Virus record (IMG/VR): IMGVR_UViG_3300027969_002758
Coordinates: 1-27,919 of that record
Length of the DNA stretch: 27,919 nt
Source: a virus
Lineage: Duplodnaviria; Caudoviricetes
Reading direction: 5' to 3' (one strand)
The position numbers and the translations under genes are program-made. Below are positions 16,606 through 25,378 of the stretch, piece after piece. A model generated the notes under the pieces. It worked only from the letters and a program-made list of their open reading frames with translations. It did not search any database and had not been told where the DNA came from. Position 1 is the stretch's first letter. Each line of letters begins with the position of its first letter.

Positions 16606-16639
16606 TATTTACCGCCCAATCGATTACAATATGATTACA
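16606..16639 (-). promoter_or_regulatory. Pho-box-like direct repeat plus TAAATA box upstream of plcP
   Basis: TGTAAT-CATAT-TGTAAT (11-bp period), 11 nt, TAAATA, 6 nt, ATG. Confidence 0.65.
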
Positions 16640-16646
16640 TCTCTAA

Positions 16647-17492
16647 TTATGTCCACAAGCTATCGCGAGCTTTGATAAGACGAATCATCATGGCTTCGTC
16701 TTCTGCTTCGTAGGCTGCTTCGATTTCTTGAAGTAGCTTGTGAGACTTATCACTCATAGCCTTAAGTTCAGGACTCTTGTCACTACTCCAATTCCACTTG
16801 CCACCGTTGGCTACTCGTGCCGCTTCACAGTAATCACTCCACCCACTGGCATCATGTGGGTCAGGACGATTTGGATACACAGTGGTCCACCAAGTGTACA
16901 GTTCTTTGATCTCTCGGGCACGTTCTGCTTGACCAGTAGGCTTGCCGTGGTTGGGATCAGTTTCTTCCACACCCCAGTCTGTGCCCATGGTCAATGTCAT
17001 AGCCCAGTCAAGATGATCGATACCTGCTTGAGGGCAACGCCAAGTACGCCAGCGGAACCAACCACTGGCCCAAAATGGAGGATCGTATTTTGCACGGGCT
17101 TCTTTATCACCCCAAGCAATGTGACTCCATGCTGATTCTATTTCAACAAAATCCACCAGCTCATTGAAAAGGCAAGGAAGGAAACGGTTGCCAACATCCT
17201 GCCATTGTCCCGGTTTGATATCTCTGGGATGAGCAGTAAGACTGTGAGTGCGACTAACCCAACGGTTATTAATATAGTACTTAATATCATATAATTTCCT
17301 TACGGGCCAAGTTACAAAATCCTGGATATGCCCAAGACCTTCTTCCGCTAACCAATAGCGAAAATTATGTTTCATTTGTGCAGTTGTAGTCCACTCGTCC
17401 CATTCTTCAGCAGTACCTGCACTGAGTTTCTTAGTGCCGCGAATCCAGTCTGCAAAAGGTGTGCATGACCAGTAGTTTGTATGTTGTGCCAT
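16647..17492 (-). CDS. Trp-rich phage hypothetical protein (281 aa)
   Basis: Long ORF overlapping the upstream stop (TAATG). No motif recognised. Confidence 0.85.
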   Translation of the reverse strand: MAQHTNYWSCTPFADWIRGTKKLSAGTAEEWDEWTTTAQMKHNFRYWLAEEGLGHIQDFVTWPVRKLYDIKYYINNRWVSRTHSLTAHPRDIKPGQWQDVGNRFLPCLFNELVDFVEIESAWSHIAWGDKEARAKYDPPFWASGWFRWRTWRCPQAGIDHLDWAMTLTMGTDWGVEETDPNHGKPTGQAERAREIKELYTWWTTVYPNRPDPHDASGWSDYCEAARVANGGKWNWSSDKSPELKAMSDKSHKLLQEIEAAYEAEDEAMMIRLIKARDSLWT

Positions 17493-17929
17493 TATACTTT
17501 CTCGTATGTTTGTGCAAAGATGTCTTTCTTGACTACACCGTAGTCGTTCTCACCGTGACGAACAATAACATCTTCGCCTGGATTATAGTGTAACTTCTCA
17601 CCCCATGATGTGTCAACCGATCCGGAGTGATCTGCCAGTTTGGCAAACTTAACAATCTTCTTTGGTGTGCAAACGCCATCACCCTGATCATCTTTAAGTT
17701 CAACAAACTTTTCTGGACTAATTGGATACTGCTCGCCTTTTGGTCCAGTCATAATATAGTAGCCTGCAGGATACTTAACTGGGCCTTCAAGTGTATCAAT
17801 CGTGCCAGGCTCGTTGGCAATTTCATAACGTTCTTTGGCTGGACGTTTGTAGGTTTTAAATCCACCGTCCTTGAACCAATCGTCAGTAACACGCAGGCCT
17901 TCTACAATATTGATAAACTCACGAATCAT
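17492..17929 (-). CDS. PGDYG-like protein with an internally duplicated domain
   Basis: TIDTLEGPVKYPAGYYIMTGPKGEQYPISPEKF and SVDTSWGEKLHYNPGEDVIVRHGENDYGVVKKDIF. Confidence 0.75.
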   Translation of the reverse strand: MIREFINIVEGLRVTDDWFKDGGFKTYKRPAKERYEIANEPGTIDTLEGPVKYPAGYYIMTGPKGEQYPISPEKFVELKDDQGDGVCTPKKIVKFAKLADHSGSVDTSWGEKLHYNPGEDVIVRHGENDYGVVKKDIFAQTYEKV

Positions 17930-18612
17930 TTACGATCTCCAAACAGTTGTAATAGGTTAATAAACAAGTTGATAAAGTCCATATACAAAGTCAATGCACC
18001 ACGAACTTCTTCAGTACCATCGTTATCCACACTGACCATCTCACGAATTTGTTGTGTGTCGTATGCTGTCAAGCCAAGGAAGATGATAATAGCTAACGCA
18101 GAGATTACCATTTGCATCACAGTTGAACCAATAAAAATATTAACAATCGAGGCAATCATAATAGCAATTAGACCAATAATCATAAATTGTCCAACACCGC
18201 TGAGATCTTTCTTAGTAAAGTAACCGTAACCACTCATTACACCAAATAGTATTGCCGCACCCATAAAGGCACTGACAATTGATCCCATAGTGAATACAGC
18301 AAAGATTGTGGCAAAGCTCAGACCCATCAAGGCTGCAAAGCCGTGTAAGAATAGCTGTAATCCACTTCTTGACCAGCTGGCACTGACAAAACTATAGGTA
18401 AAGATAGCCACTAATGGTGCAAAGATCACAACCCATTTTAGAATACCTGTAAAGAAAAATGCCAACAGCTCAGGTGAAGTGCCTACAAAGTAACTGACAA
18501 TCATGCTGGTAAGCACAGCAAGACTCATGTTGCCATATACTCGACCCATTGCTGAATTAACAGCACTGGCATCTCGATATACAGTATTTCTGATATAATT
18601 TGTTCCAAACAT
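17926..18612 (-). CDS. Bax inhibitor-1 / YccA family membrane protein
   Basis: Seven hydrophobic segments; YGYFTKKDLS, GLTAYDTQQI, GALTLYMDFINLFINLLQLFG. AAGGAG RBS and GTTAAATA box at 18635-18642. Confidence 0.92.
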   Translation of the reverse strand: MFGTNYIRNTVYRDASAVNSAMGRVYGNMSLAVLTSMIVSYFVGTSPELLAFFFTGILKWVVIFAPLVAIFTYSFVSASWSRSGLQLFLHGFAALMGLSFATIFAVFTMGSIVSAFMGAAILFGVMSGYGYFTKKDLSGVGQFMIIGLIAIMIASIVNIFIGSTVMQMVISALAIIIFLGLTAYDTQQIREMVSVDNDGTEEVRGALTLYMDFINLFINLLQLFGDRK

Positions 18613-18637
18613 AATTTTTCTCCTTTTGAAAATATAT

Positions 18638-18862
18638 TTAACGTAGTGCGTCCATGGTCAATTCTTTTCCATAGACATGTGCTACTGGTTTAAGCCATCC
18701 TGCATTAATTGCAGTAACAAAAATACTCTTGTACTCTGCGGGACAGCTTTGACTAATTTCAAATCCTGCCCTGGGACACGTTACAAACCCGTCAGTTAAG
18801 GTAAATTTAGGATCGCCTTGTCGAATGGTTTTAATTTTACTTTGGTGTGCTGTAATATTCAT
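18638..18862 (-). CDS. Hypothetical protein
   Basis: ATGA overlap with the upstream gene. Confidence 0.75.
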   Translation of the reverse strand: MNITAHQSKIKTIRQGDPKFTLTDGFVTCPRAGFEISQSCPAEYKSIFVTAINAGWLKPVAHVYGKELTMDALR

Positions 18863-19059
18863 GCCATCTTATCCACATTCTGTCCAGGACGATTCATCTG
18901 TCGATTCATCTCAATTCTCTTTTGCTCGTCAATTTCTTTGCATTGTTTAGCTCTACGTTCCTCAAGAATTTTTTCTTGGTGTCGTATCTCAGCTTGTTTG
19001 GCTAAGTTTTTACTATAAATCTCATTTGATTGTTGAGATACTCTACTAACTTCTGTCAT
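18859..19059 (-). CDS. Hypothetical charged helical protein
   Basis: ATGA overlap with the ligase stop; GGAG RBS. Confidence 0.7.
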   Translation of the reverse strand: MTEVSRVSQQSNEIYSKNLAKQAEIRHQEKILEERRAKQCKEIDEQKRIEMNRQMNRPGQNVDKMA

Positions 19060-20372
19060 AACTTCTCTCCTACTTCAAAGCCCCTGAACCGTAGGAACCT
19101 TGGAAATCGCAAACTGTATGTTCCGTCTTGGTTTTGGGTGACAGCGTCTGCTCGCACTTCCACGATCTGACCAAGTAGGGAATCGCGTGAAGTCCAATAA
19201 ACGTCACGATCACTATCACTAAACCCACTGCCAACATTGACCCGAATAGTTTTTCCGTCGTCGACTCCTTGGCAGACAATCGCTCCAAGCCTGCCAACGT
19301 TTCTTCCTGTTCCTTCTTCAACATCCACCACCTCCAATGATACTTCGATGAATGGCTTTAACTTCAACCACGCCACACTACGTTTACATTCGTAGCCAGC
19401 TTCTAAATCTTTAAGCATAATGCCTTCGTACCCGCCGGCAATTGCCTTGACATTAATTTCTTTATAACGAATCTGACCTTCTTCTGTATCCAAATCAACC
19501 AGTTCTTGTCCTACCATTGATACATTAGGTAATGCATCTTGATGATGATTCATAAACTCTGTTAAATGATTGCTACGGAATTCTTGTGTAGCGTTCCATA
19601 CACCTTGTTCGAAGTGTTCTAAAGGAACACAATCGAACAAATTAAGTACAGCATCGTTAGCTTTGACATCGCTTTTACGATGTATTTGCTTCATCAGGTC
19701 TTGAAACGATCCGCTCATAATCTCGCCATCGAATACCCAAGGTTCAGGTAATGTATCTGCAATAGATTTAAACTGTTCTGTTACGTGGGGAAAGTTAATA
19801 AGTTCTTTGCCATTGCGGCTAAACATATCCACACGACCGTCAGGGTATACAATAGTGATAACCCTAACGCCATCCAATTTAACTTCGATAAGTTTCTTCC
19901 CTGTGACTTTTGATTCATGATTAGCACTATCGTGAGCAAGCTGACAACCAAAAACAGGAATAGCATAATCAGCATACATCTTCTCCACAACTTTGTTAAT
20001 GGTTTTTTCACTGACTCCACAGCGCAGGTCTTTAATCAGTATGCGACGGTACCAACCATTCCACTGTGCCTTAGTGGCACTCTTCATCATATTAGCGACT
20101 GTGTCGCGAGCAAGGTTACCTGTGAATGAGCGATTAACAAAACCAGTAATAATGAGACTAAAACTATCCCAAGGTAACCCAACGCCATCTTCATCTTTCT
20201 TCTCCGGGATTTGTTTCAATCCAAATGTAATCATAGGATCAAGAGCAAGACGACAGCCTTGAAAGAATTCACTATTGCCTGCTTCGGCCTGCGCCAAAAC
20301 AATAGCTTCTTTATTCAAACGGCTGGGATGCAGTTCCAAATCACTAATAACTTGATAGCAAGGGTCGCTCAT
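19056..20372 (-). CDS. ATP-dependent DNA ligase (T4 gp30-like)
   Basis: Motif I EVKLDGVR, III FDGEI, IIIa LNLFD, IV EGIMLK, V WLKLK, VI SLRFPRF. Confidence 0.95.
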   Translation of the reverse strand: MSDPCYQVISDLELHPSRLNKEAIVLAQAEAGNSEFFQGCRLALDPMITFGLKQIPEKKDEDGVGLPWDSFSLIITGFVNRSFTGNLARDTVANMMKSATKAQWNGWYRRILIKDLRCGVSEKTINKVVEKMYADYAIPVFGCQLAHDSANHESKVTGKKLIEVKLDGVRVITIVYPDGRVDMFSRNGKELINFPHVTEQFKSIADTLPEPWVFDGEIMSGSFQDLMKQIHRKSDVKANDAVLNLFDCVPLEHFEQGVWNATQEFRSNHLTEFMNHHQDALPNVSMVGQELVDLDTEEGQIRYKEINVKAIAGGYEGIMLKDLEAGYECKRSVAWLKLKPFIEVSLEVVDVEEGTGRNVGRLGAIVCQGVDDGKTIRVNVGSGFSDSDRDVYWTSRDSLLGQIVEVRADAVTQNQDGTYSLRFPRFLRFRGFEVGEKL

Positions 20373-20402
20373 TGTGATACCTATGTTGTGTATAATATGT
20401 TT

Positions 20403-20431
20403 ATTATACAGTCTAAACTTTAATAGGTCAA
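20403..20431 (-). promoter_or_regulatory. sigma70-type promoter for the ligase
   Basis: TTGACC-17 nt-TATAAT. Confidence 0.8.
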
Positions 20432-21145
20432 GTGATCTGGCGTTTTAAATGGCTTACCAATTTGGGCATATGGTAAGTTTCGGATGATTTTCTTTTTCAT
20501 AGCACGTATAACTGGATGGTTATGATTCCAATCAAATGTTTTCATATACTTGTGCCAGCAGGTTTTTTTGGCACGTTTAGCTAAATTAGTGTCCAAATAG
20601 TGTTTGGCTGCATCAAAGTTGTCGCCAAATTTATCATATAGTTCACATGCAATATTAAAACTAAATGCGCCCATTTCATCCTTATGACCGTAGTACTCTT
20701 GCTGTCTGCGATCTCTGGCATAATATGCTGTACTCTCGTATCCTGGAATATCTTTAAATGATCGAGTCCTATATTGGCGTACATGAATTATTTCATGCAA
20801 CATTGTATCTGCAAATAATCGACACATTCTGTCCCAGCGTGTTTCTGATAGTTTAATTTTCGAATCTGTATTTTTGTAACTAAACACTATTTCTACATGG
20901 CGTCGATCGTCAATATCGTAACTTGAATAATATGCCCCGCCAATATAGACTACACCATTTTCGTGGCTACTGTCACGTTTGATAGTGACTTTAATAGGAA
21001 GATGCCATTTAATATGAGCTGACAGTAGTTTTTGTAGGTCTTTAATAGCAAGACGTTTGTCTACTATAAGAGGCTTCAACTCGTACATCATAGTGTACAA
21101 GTTTTCCCTGTCCAACAGTGCCCAATTGAATGGTTTGCGAGCCAT
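20420..21145 (-). CDS. HExxH zincin-like protein
   Basis: MLHEIIHVRQY...YYGHKDEMGAF. AGGAG RBS. Confidence 0.75.
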   Translation of the reverse strand: MARKPFNWALLDRENLYTMMYELKPLIVDKRLAIKDLQKLLSAHIKWHLPIKVTIKRDSSHENGVVYIGGAYYSSYDIDDRRHVEIVFSYKNTDSKIKLSETRWDRMCRLFADTMLHEIIHVRQYRTRSFKDIPGYESTAYYARDRRQQEYYGHKDEMGAFSFNIACELYDKFGDNFDAAKHYLDTNLAKRAKKTCWHKYMKTFDWNHNHPVIRAMKKKIIRNLPYAQIGKPFKTPDHLTY

Positions 21146-21181
21146 AGTATACTCCTATCATATATTTATAGTATACTATGG
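21142..21181 (-). promoter_or_regulatory. Late promoter TATAAATA inside a hairpin that sequesters the start codon
   Basis: 12-bp perfect inverted repeat CCATAGTATACT/AGTATACTATGG. TATAAATA at 21163-21170; the ATG and part of the RBS are in the 3' arm. Confidence 0.75.
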
Positions 21182-21201
21182 TTACAAGTTATCTACGCAC
21201 T

Positions 21202-21822
21202 TTATGGGCGTTTATCAATGACTTTATCTGCCAAGCCATACGCAACTGCTTCTGCGGCACTCAAAAACGTATCAAATTTCATAGCTTCGTATAGCTGTTC
21301 GTAGGTTTTTCCAGCTGTATTATGCTTGACATACAGCTCAGTTAGACGCTGATTAATACGCTGGCTTTCTTCAAAGCTACGTCGAGCATCTTCAAACTGT
21401 AGTTCCTGTACGTGTACTGAGCCACGTGTGCCCGGAGTACCTGAACTTACTCGATGTATCATTGTACGGCTTTCCGGCAGCACACAACGCTTGCCAACCG
21501 CACCCGCCTGTGCAAGGAAACTACCCATACTTGCAGCCTGTCCCATAACGTAGGTAGCTACGTCCGGTTTAATAAACTGCATAGTATCGTAAATGGCTAA
21601 GCCGGCGGTTACACTGCCACCTGGGCTGTTAATAAAGAATGTAATATCTTCATTACCCTGGCTTTCTAAAAATAGCAACTGTGCTACAATAACGCTGGAT
21701 GTATGTTCGTTAACATCTGTATCCAACATTATAATGCGATCTTTAAGTAGGCGACTGTAAATGTCGTAACTGCGTTCACCTCGAGCTTCTTGCTCGACCA
21801 CCATTGGGATTAAACCTGGCAT
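21202..21822 (-). CDS. clpP: ATP-dependent Clp protease proteolytic subunit
   Basis: [41 protein letters not shown] (Ser), MIH (His), FDTFLSA (Asp). Confidence 0.95.
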   Translation of the reverse strand: MPGLIPMVVEQEARGERSYDIYSRLLKDRIIMLDTDVNEHTSSVIVAQLLFLESQGNEDITFFINSPGGSVTAGLAIYDTMQFIKPDVATYVMGQAASMGSFLAQAGAVGKRCVLPESRTMIHRVSSGTPGTRGSVHVQELQFEDARRSFEESQRINQRLTELYVKHNTAGKTYEQLYEAMKFDTFLSAAEAVAYGLADKVIDKRP

Positions 21823-22247
21823 TATCTGTATTCCTTATCTAAATTTACGTTGGTTAAACCTGCAACTGTTTGGAACTTGTCCCAAGCAATTTTGGCAGCA
21901 GGATTCTTTTTTAATTCGATACTTGGCAGAACTGCTTCTAACCAAATTTCCGGGCGTCGACGAGGATGAGCACCAAACTGACGCGGCTGATGCATTTTAC
22001 CATCTGTGTAAAGCATGATGCTCACACTACGGAACTTGTCTTCATCGTCTTTACTGCGGAAGTCGTAATGCCCCCATTCGGGATTACTCATACCACCTAA
22101 ACAGTATCCTTCCCAGATACCAGACCATTGTTCGTCATCACGTGGGTCAAAATCTGTACGGGTAATCAATACCAGTACATCTTCTATGTCTACACGGCCT
22201 TCAACAATGTCTAAGACGCAACGACTGTAGCTTAGTCCGATCTTCAT
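21822..22247 (-). CDS. Phage hypothetical protein
   Basis: Tightly packed ORF with TAATG coupling to clpP. Confidence 0.8.
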   Translation of the reverse strand: MKIGLSYSRCVLDIVEGRVDIEDVLVLITRTDFDPRDDEQWSGIWEGYCLGGMSNPEWGHYDFRSKDDEDKFRSVSIMLYTDGKMHQPRQFGAHPRRRPEIWLEAVLPSIELKKNPAAKIAWDKFQTVAGLTNVNLDKEYR

Positions 22248-22248
22248 A

Positions 22249-22476
22249 TTATCTACCTTGCCTATAATTGTTAACAGTAGGACCGTCTGTGCTAAATGTT
22301 AGACCGGCAACACTACCTTCGTAAAACTTACCGTTCCATTGTAACTGAACCTTGACACTCTTGTCAACACTTACTTTAAGATACTGGCGATCCTTAAAGT
22401 CTAATACATCTGCAACAATCTTTCGACCATTAGTATCGCAGATAATTTCACAGGTATCTTCGATAAATTGTCTCAT
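22249..22476 (-). CDS. Hypothetical protein
   Basis: ATGA overlap with the upstream gene. Confidence 0.75.
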   Translation of the reverse strand: MRQFIEDTCEIICDTNGRKIVADVLDFKDRQYLKVSVDKSVKVQLQWNGKFYEGSVAGLTFSTDGPTVNNYRQGR

Positions 22477-22760
22477 AGTGTAAATCTCACTTGTTTAATA
22501 CTGTCCCATCTAAAGCTCTTCCAATGTTTTGATTCTAAGTCATACACTGGCATAACATCTTCATTCACTTTCTTTTCACGCTTAGGCTCTGCACTTTCTA
22601 CCAAAGTCTCAACTGGAACAAGTGTGGGACTGGTTGTACATTCCATTACTCGTTCTGTTCCATCCTTCTTTGTAAACACTACTGTTACAGGCCCGTATGC
22701 TAAATGACTTTTAAGCCATTTCTTAAACTTCACTACATCTTTTTCACTTAAGGTCGTCAT
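22473..22760 (-). CDS. WYL_2 / Sm-like SH3 beta-barrel protein
   Basis: VTVVFTKKDGTERVMECT...VYDLESKHWKSFRWD. Likely ATG at 22760, since the track start 22814 lies within the upstream ORF. Confidence 0.75.
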   Translation of the reverse strand: MTTLSEKDVVKFKKWLKSHLAYGPVTVVFTKKDGTERVMECTTSPTLVPVETLVESAEPKREKKVNEDVMPVYDLESKHWKSFRWDSIKQVRFTL

Positions 22761-22902
22761 CGTGCAGTGCCAGTTTATTTTTAAGTTCTTGGTTTTCCAT
22801 CTGCAATTTTTCAATATGACTTGCCAACTCCATCAGCATCTCGTACATATTTTTAGCAGTAATTCTTGTTAGATCAACAATATTGATTGTTTCTTTTTCC
22901 AT
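22744..22902 (-). CDS. Unannotated 52-aa coiled-coil protein
   Basis: GAGGT RBS; MEKETINIVDLTRITAKNMYEMLMELASHIEKLQMENQELKNKLALHDDDLK*. Fills the gap exactly. Confidence 0.7.
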   Translation of the reverse strand: MEKETINIVDLTRITAKNMYEMLMELASHIEKLQMENQELKNKLALHDDDLK

Positions 22903-22903
22903 T

Positions 22904-23758
22904 TTATACCTCTATTACAATGTTAGGGTTCCAGCCGCTATCTGGCTCATAGCCTTCGTAGCCTCTGGGGTTGCAAACAACACGAGTCTCTCCAATGACA
23001 TAGTCAAAGGGATGATGTGTATGTCCGTGTGTCCACAGTTTAATCTGCGGACGGTCCATAATGAACTCACTTAGGTCACTGCTGTAAGCACCGTTCATTA
23101 GATGTTGGTCTGCATACTGCTCATGAGTACTAAGTTTGCTTGGAGCATGATGCCCAACTACAACAAACTTCTCATCCGGCTTCTCGGCAACAATCTGCTT
23201 GATATAACCCAGCATATGACGATGACGAATAACCGTGTCATGAGGTTTAAGGTTAGTGTAACCTTCAAGATCCTTTTTAATAACACGGAAGTCGTTCATC
23301 ATGTCACGTACAGAGTGCAATGTAACAGGATCGCCTTTGTTCATATCAGTCCACAATGTACCACCGATAAAAGTCACATCGTCAATCTTTTTGGATCCTG
23401 CTTCTAAGAAGTAGACGTTAGGGAACTTGGCGCATTCGTTACTCAGTGTGATCAAACTTTGATTCCATTTGCCGTGATAGAACTCGTGGTTGCCAGCAAC
23501 GTAGATAACATGAGGAAACTGAAAGCTGCAACGTTTTAAGAAGTCACGGAACCGTTGAGCAGATATCTGCTTTCGACCAAGTCCAGTGCCGTTGGCAATA
23601 GCTGTTTGATCAGCAGTATTTGCTGGTTCAGGGTGATCGTGCAGATCCGTAGCAACCATAATGTCGCCACTTAAGATTAAGACATCACAGCCTTCATCGT
23701 TCTTAATGTTGATGTCAGAAAACTCAAGATGGAGATCTGATACTACTTTAATCTTCAT
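22904..23758 (-). CDS. Calcineurin-like metallophosphoesterase
   Basis: SDLHLE, SGDI, AGNHEFY, GHHAP, HGHTH, NPRGY. Confidence 0.92.
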   Translation of the reverse strand: MKIKVVSDLHLEFSDINIKNDEGCDVLILSGDIMVATDLHDHPEPANTADQTAIANGTGLGRKQISAQRFRDFLKRCSFQFPHVIYVAGNHEFYHGKWNQSLITLSNECAKFPNVYFLEAGSKKIDDVTFIGGTLWTDMNKGDPVTLHSVRDMMNDFRVIKKDLEGYTNLKPHDTVIRHRHMLGYIKQIVAEKPDEKFVVVGHHAPSKLSTHEQYADQHLMNGAYSSDLSEFIMDRPQIKLWTHGHTHHPFDYVIGETRVVCNPRGYEGYEPDSGWNPNIVIEV

Positions 23759-23961
23759 AATTTTTCCGATAATAAAATTTTACACAATGTTTGATCTTTT
23801 TTAGTTTTAAATTCAAACACCATATGATCTTCATGGGGGCGGTAAACAAACCTATGCCCTGGAAGTCCAAACACTTCTAACACTTGAGCACAGCACTCAT
23901 TCCACCACGGAACACTCTGATTGTTCCATTGTAGTATAACAGGATAACTGAATTTTGTCAA
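23755..23961 (-). CDS. Hypothetical protein
   Basis: TTG start; 4-nt overlaps at both ends. Confidence 0.65.
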   Translation of the reverse strand: MTKFSYPVILQWNNQSVPWWNECCAQVLEVFGLPGHRFVYRPHEDHMVFEFKTKKDQTLCKILLSEKL

Positions 23962-24380
23962 GTATCTTCCTTAAATCTTTCTTTTTTACGAGTTTCGTAT
24001 TCTTCAAAATGTTTATCACATAAGTTCTTAATCCACCCTGTGGTCTGTTTAGTAGCTCGATTACCGCAAGTTTCACAACTGCGGGCGGCCCACGATTCTG
24101 CCATACTAACCATCCCGCTAATCTCATCGTCGCCACCATCGTAATAGAAACGTAAGCCGCCAAACTTCTCTTTAATCTGTGCTACAGTTACTTGTGGTAC
24201 AACCTCTGAAGTCTTATTCTTCCAATCGATGTGATGTTGAATTTGTCCGCACAGTGCTTCAAGAATGGGCCACCAACCCTCACCACAGGCAAAGCCGCCG
24301 TACTTGCCAGCAAACATCTTTGGAAAACGTTCTTCCATATGTTTAGCAAAAGCATCATACTTTTCAAATTCGTCACTCAT
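23958..24380 (-). CDS. Phage hypothetical protein with QIKEKFGGLRFY motif and C-terminal CxxC/CxxH
   Basis: CGEGWW, QIKEKFGGLRFYY, CETCG...LCDKH. Confidence 0.8.
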   Translation of the reverse strand: MSDEFEKYDAFAKHMEERFPKMFAGKYGGFACGEGWWPILEALCGQIQHHIDWKNKTSEVVPQVTVAQIKEKFGGLRFYYDGGDDEISGMVSMAESWAARSCETCGNRATKQTTGWIKNLCDKHFEEYETRKKERFKEDT

Positions 24381-24628
24381 TATTCATCCTCCGTTACTAC
24401 AAAATGGCTGATAACTAAATCCAATGCCGCAATGGTCTGTATGTTCAGGCCCACATCTTCTGGATGTAGCCAATAGCCATCAGGGTTGGCATCGCTACGT
24501 GGATTCTTCTTCCACTGTTTCAATTCTTTCTTTAGGTATGCACGATAGTCTTTTAGGTTAAGACTGGTAATGCGGTCAGCAGTCTCTCCGTCAATCCATT
24601 GGTGAGGTTTATGCTTTGCTTTGCTCAT
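24380..24628 (-). CDS. Hypothetical protein
   Basis: Translationally coupled on both sides. Confidence 0.75.
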   Translation of the reverse strand: MSKAKHKPHQWIDGETADRITSLNLKDYRAYLKKELKQWKKNPRSDANPDGYWLHPEDVGLNIQTIAALDLVISHFVVTEDE

Positions 24629-25317
24629 TGTATAACCTTTACATAGTTAAGTCTTGTTTCAAAGTTTTTAGTAAACCAGTGATGTCTATGTTCTTTAACT
24701 TTGCCTTTGACCAGCACCGCTGGACCAATAGTCACTGGTAGCTTACTAAACCAAGATACCATTACACTGTCAATTATAGCAGAAATATTGTAACCTTCAA
24801 AGGTTTTTGACTTAACTGATTCAAGTATTTCACAGTCCTTGTCAAAAATTACAGTATTAACTTCTGCCAAATATCGATCCTCACATTTTTTAATGTTACG
24901 CTTAAATTCTGATCTGCTTTTATCTCTGGCATATACCGAAGGTAGACATGCTAAAAATCCAATCTTATTCTTACCAACTGTTTCGGAATTTAAAATTGAA
25001 TTTACTTCCGTTTGAAACTCATTGTCACCCTTGACTGCGGCAAACATTAATCTTCGATAATAGCTTTTAATTTCTTCTGTAAGAACAGCATCTTGTTCTT
25101 CAACGTACAACGTAGCTGGTCGGAACTCTTGTTCAGTATTTCCAAACGTTTCTATACCCAAAGCATGTCGAATCAGAGTTTTATTATCGTATTTGAGACA
25201 CACAAATATGCCGTCACTGGCATAAACGGATTCGGCTTCTTTTAAATATGCATTGTTAGCTCGCTGGGCACTGCATGCCAGTTTCAAAACTTCACTTACA
25301 GTATATTCTGCAGACAT
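24625..25317 (-). CDS. Phage hypothetical protein, possible C-terminal OB-like beta domain
   Basis: GAGG RBS and own sigma70 promoter. Ends VKGKVKEH...ETRLNYVKV. Confidence 0.8.
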   Translation of the reverse strand: MSAEYTVSEVLKLACSAQRANNAYLKEAESVYASDGIFVCLKYDNKTLIRHALGIETFGNTEQEFRPATLYVEEQDAVLTEEIKSYYRRLMFAAVKGDNEFQTEVNSILNSETVGKNKIGFLACLPSVYARDKSRSEFKRNIKKCEDRYLAEVNTVIFDKDCEILESVKSKTFEGYNISAIIDSVMVSWFSKLPVTIGPAVLVKGKVKEHRHHWFTKNFETRLNYVKVIQ

Positions 25318-25349
25318 TTTGGCCTCGTAGTGTGTGTTGCTATACTTGT

Positions 25350-25378
25350 ATTTTACTGGAAAATTTGTCGGGTGTCAA
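25350..25378 (-). promoter_or_regulatory. sigma70-type promoter
   Basis: TTGACA-17 nt-TAAAAT, overlapping the upstream stop codon. Confidence 0.8.

Noticed and set aside
22744-22902. ZapB-like resemblance (LQMENQELKNK)
   Set aside because: A short generic coiled-coil match, insufficient for a functional call.
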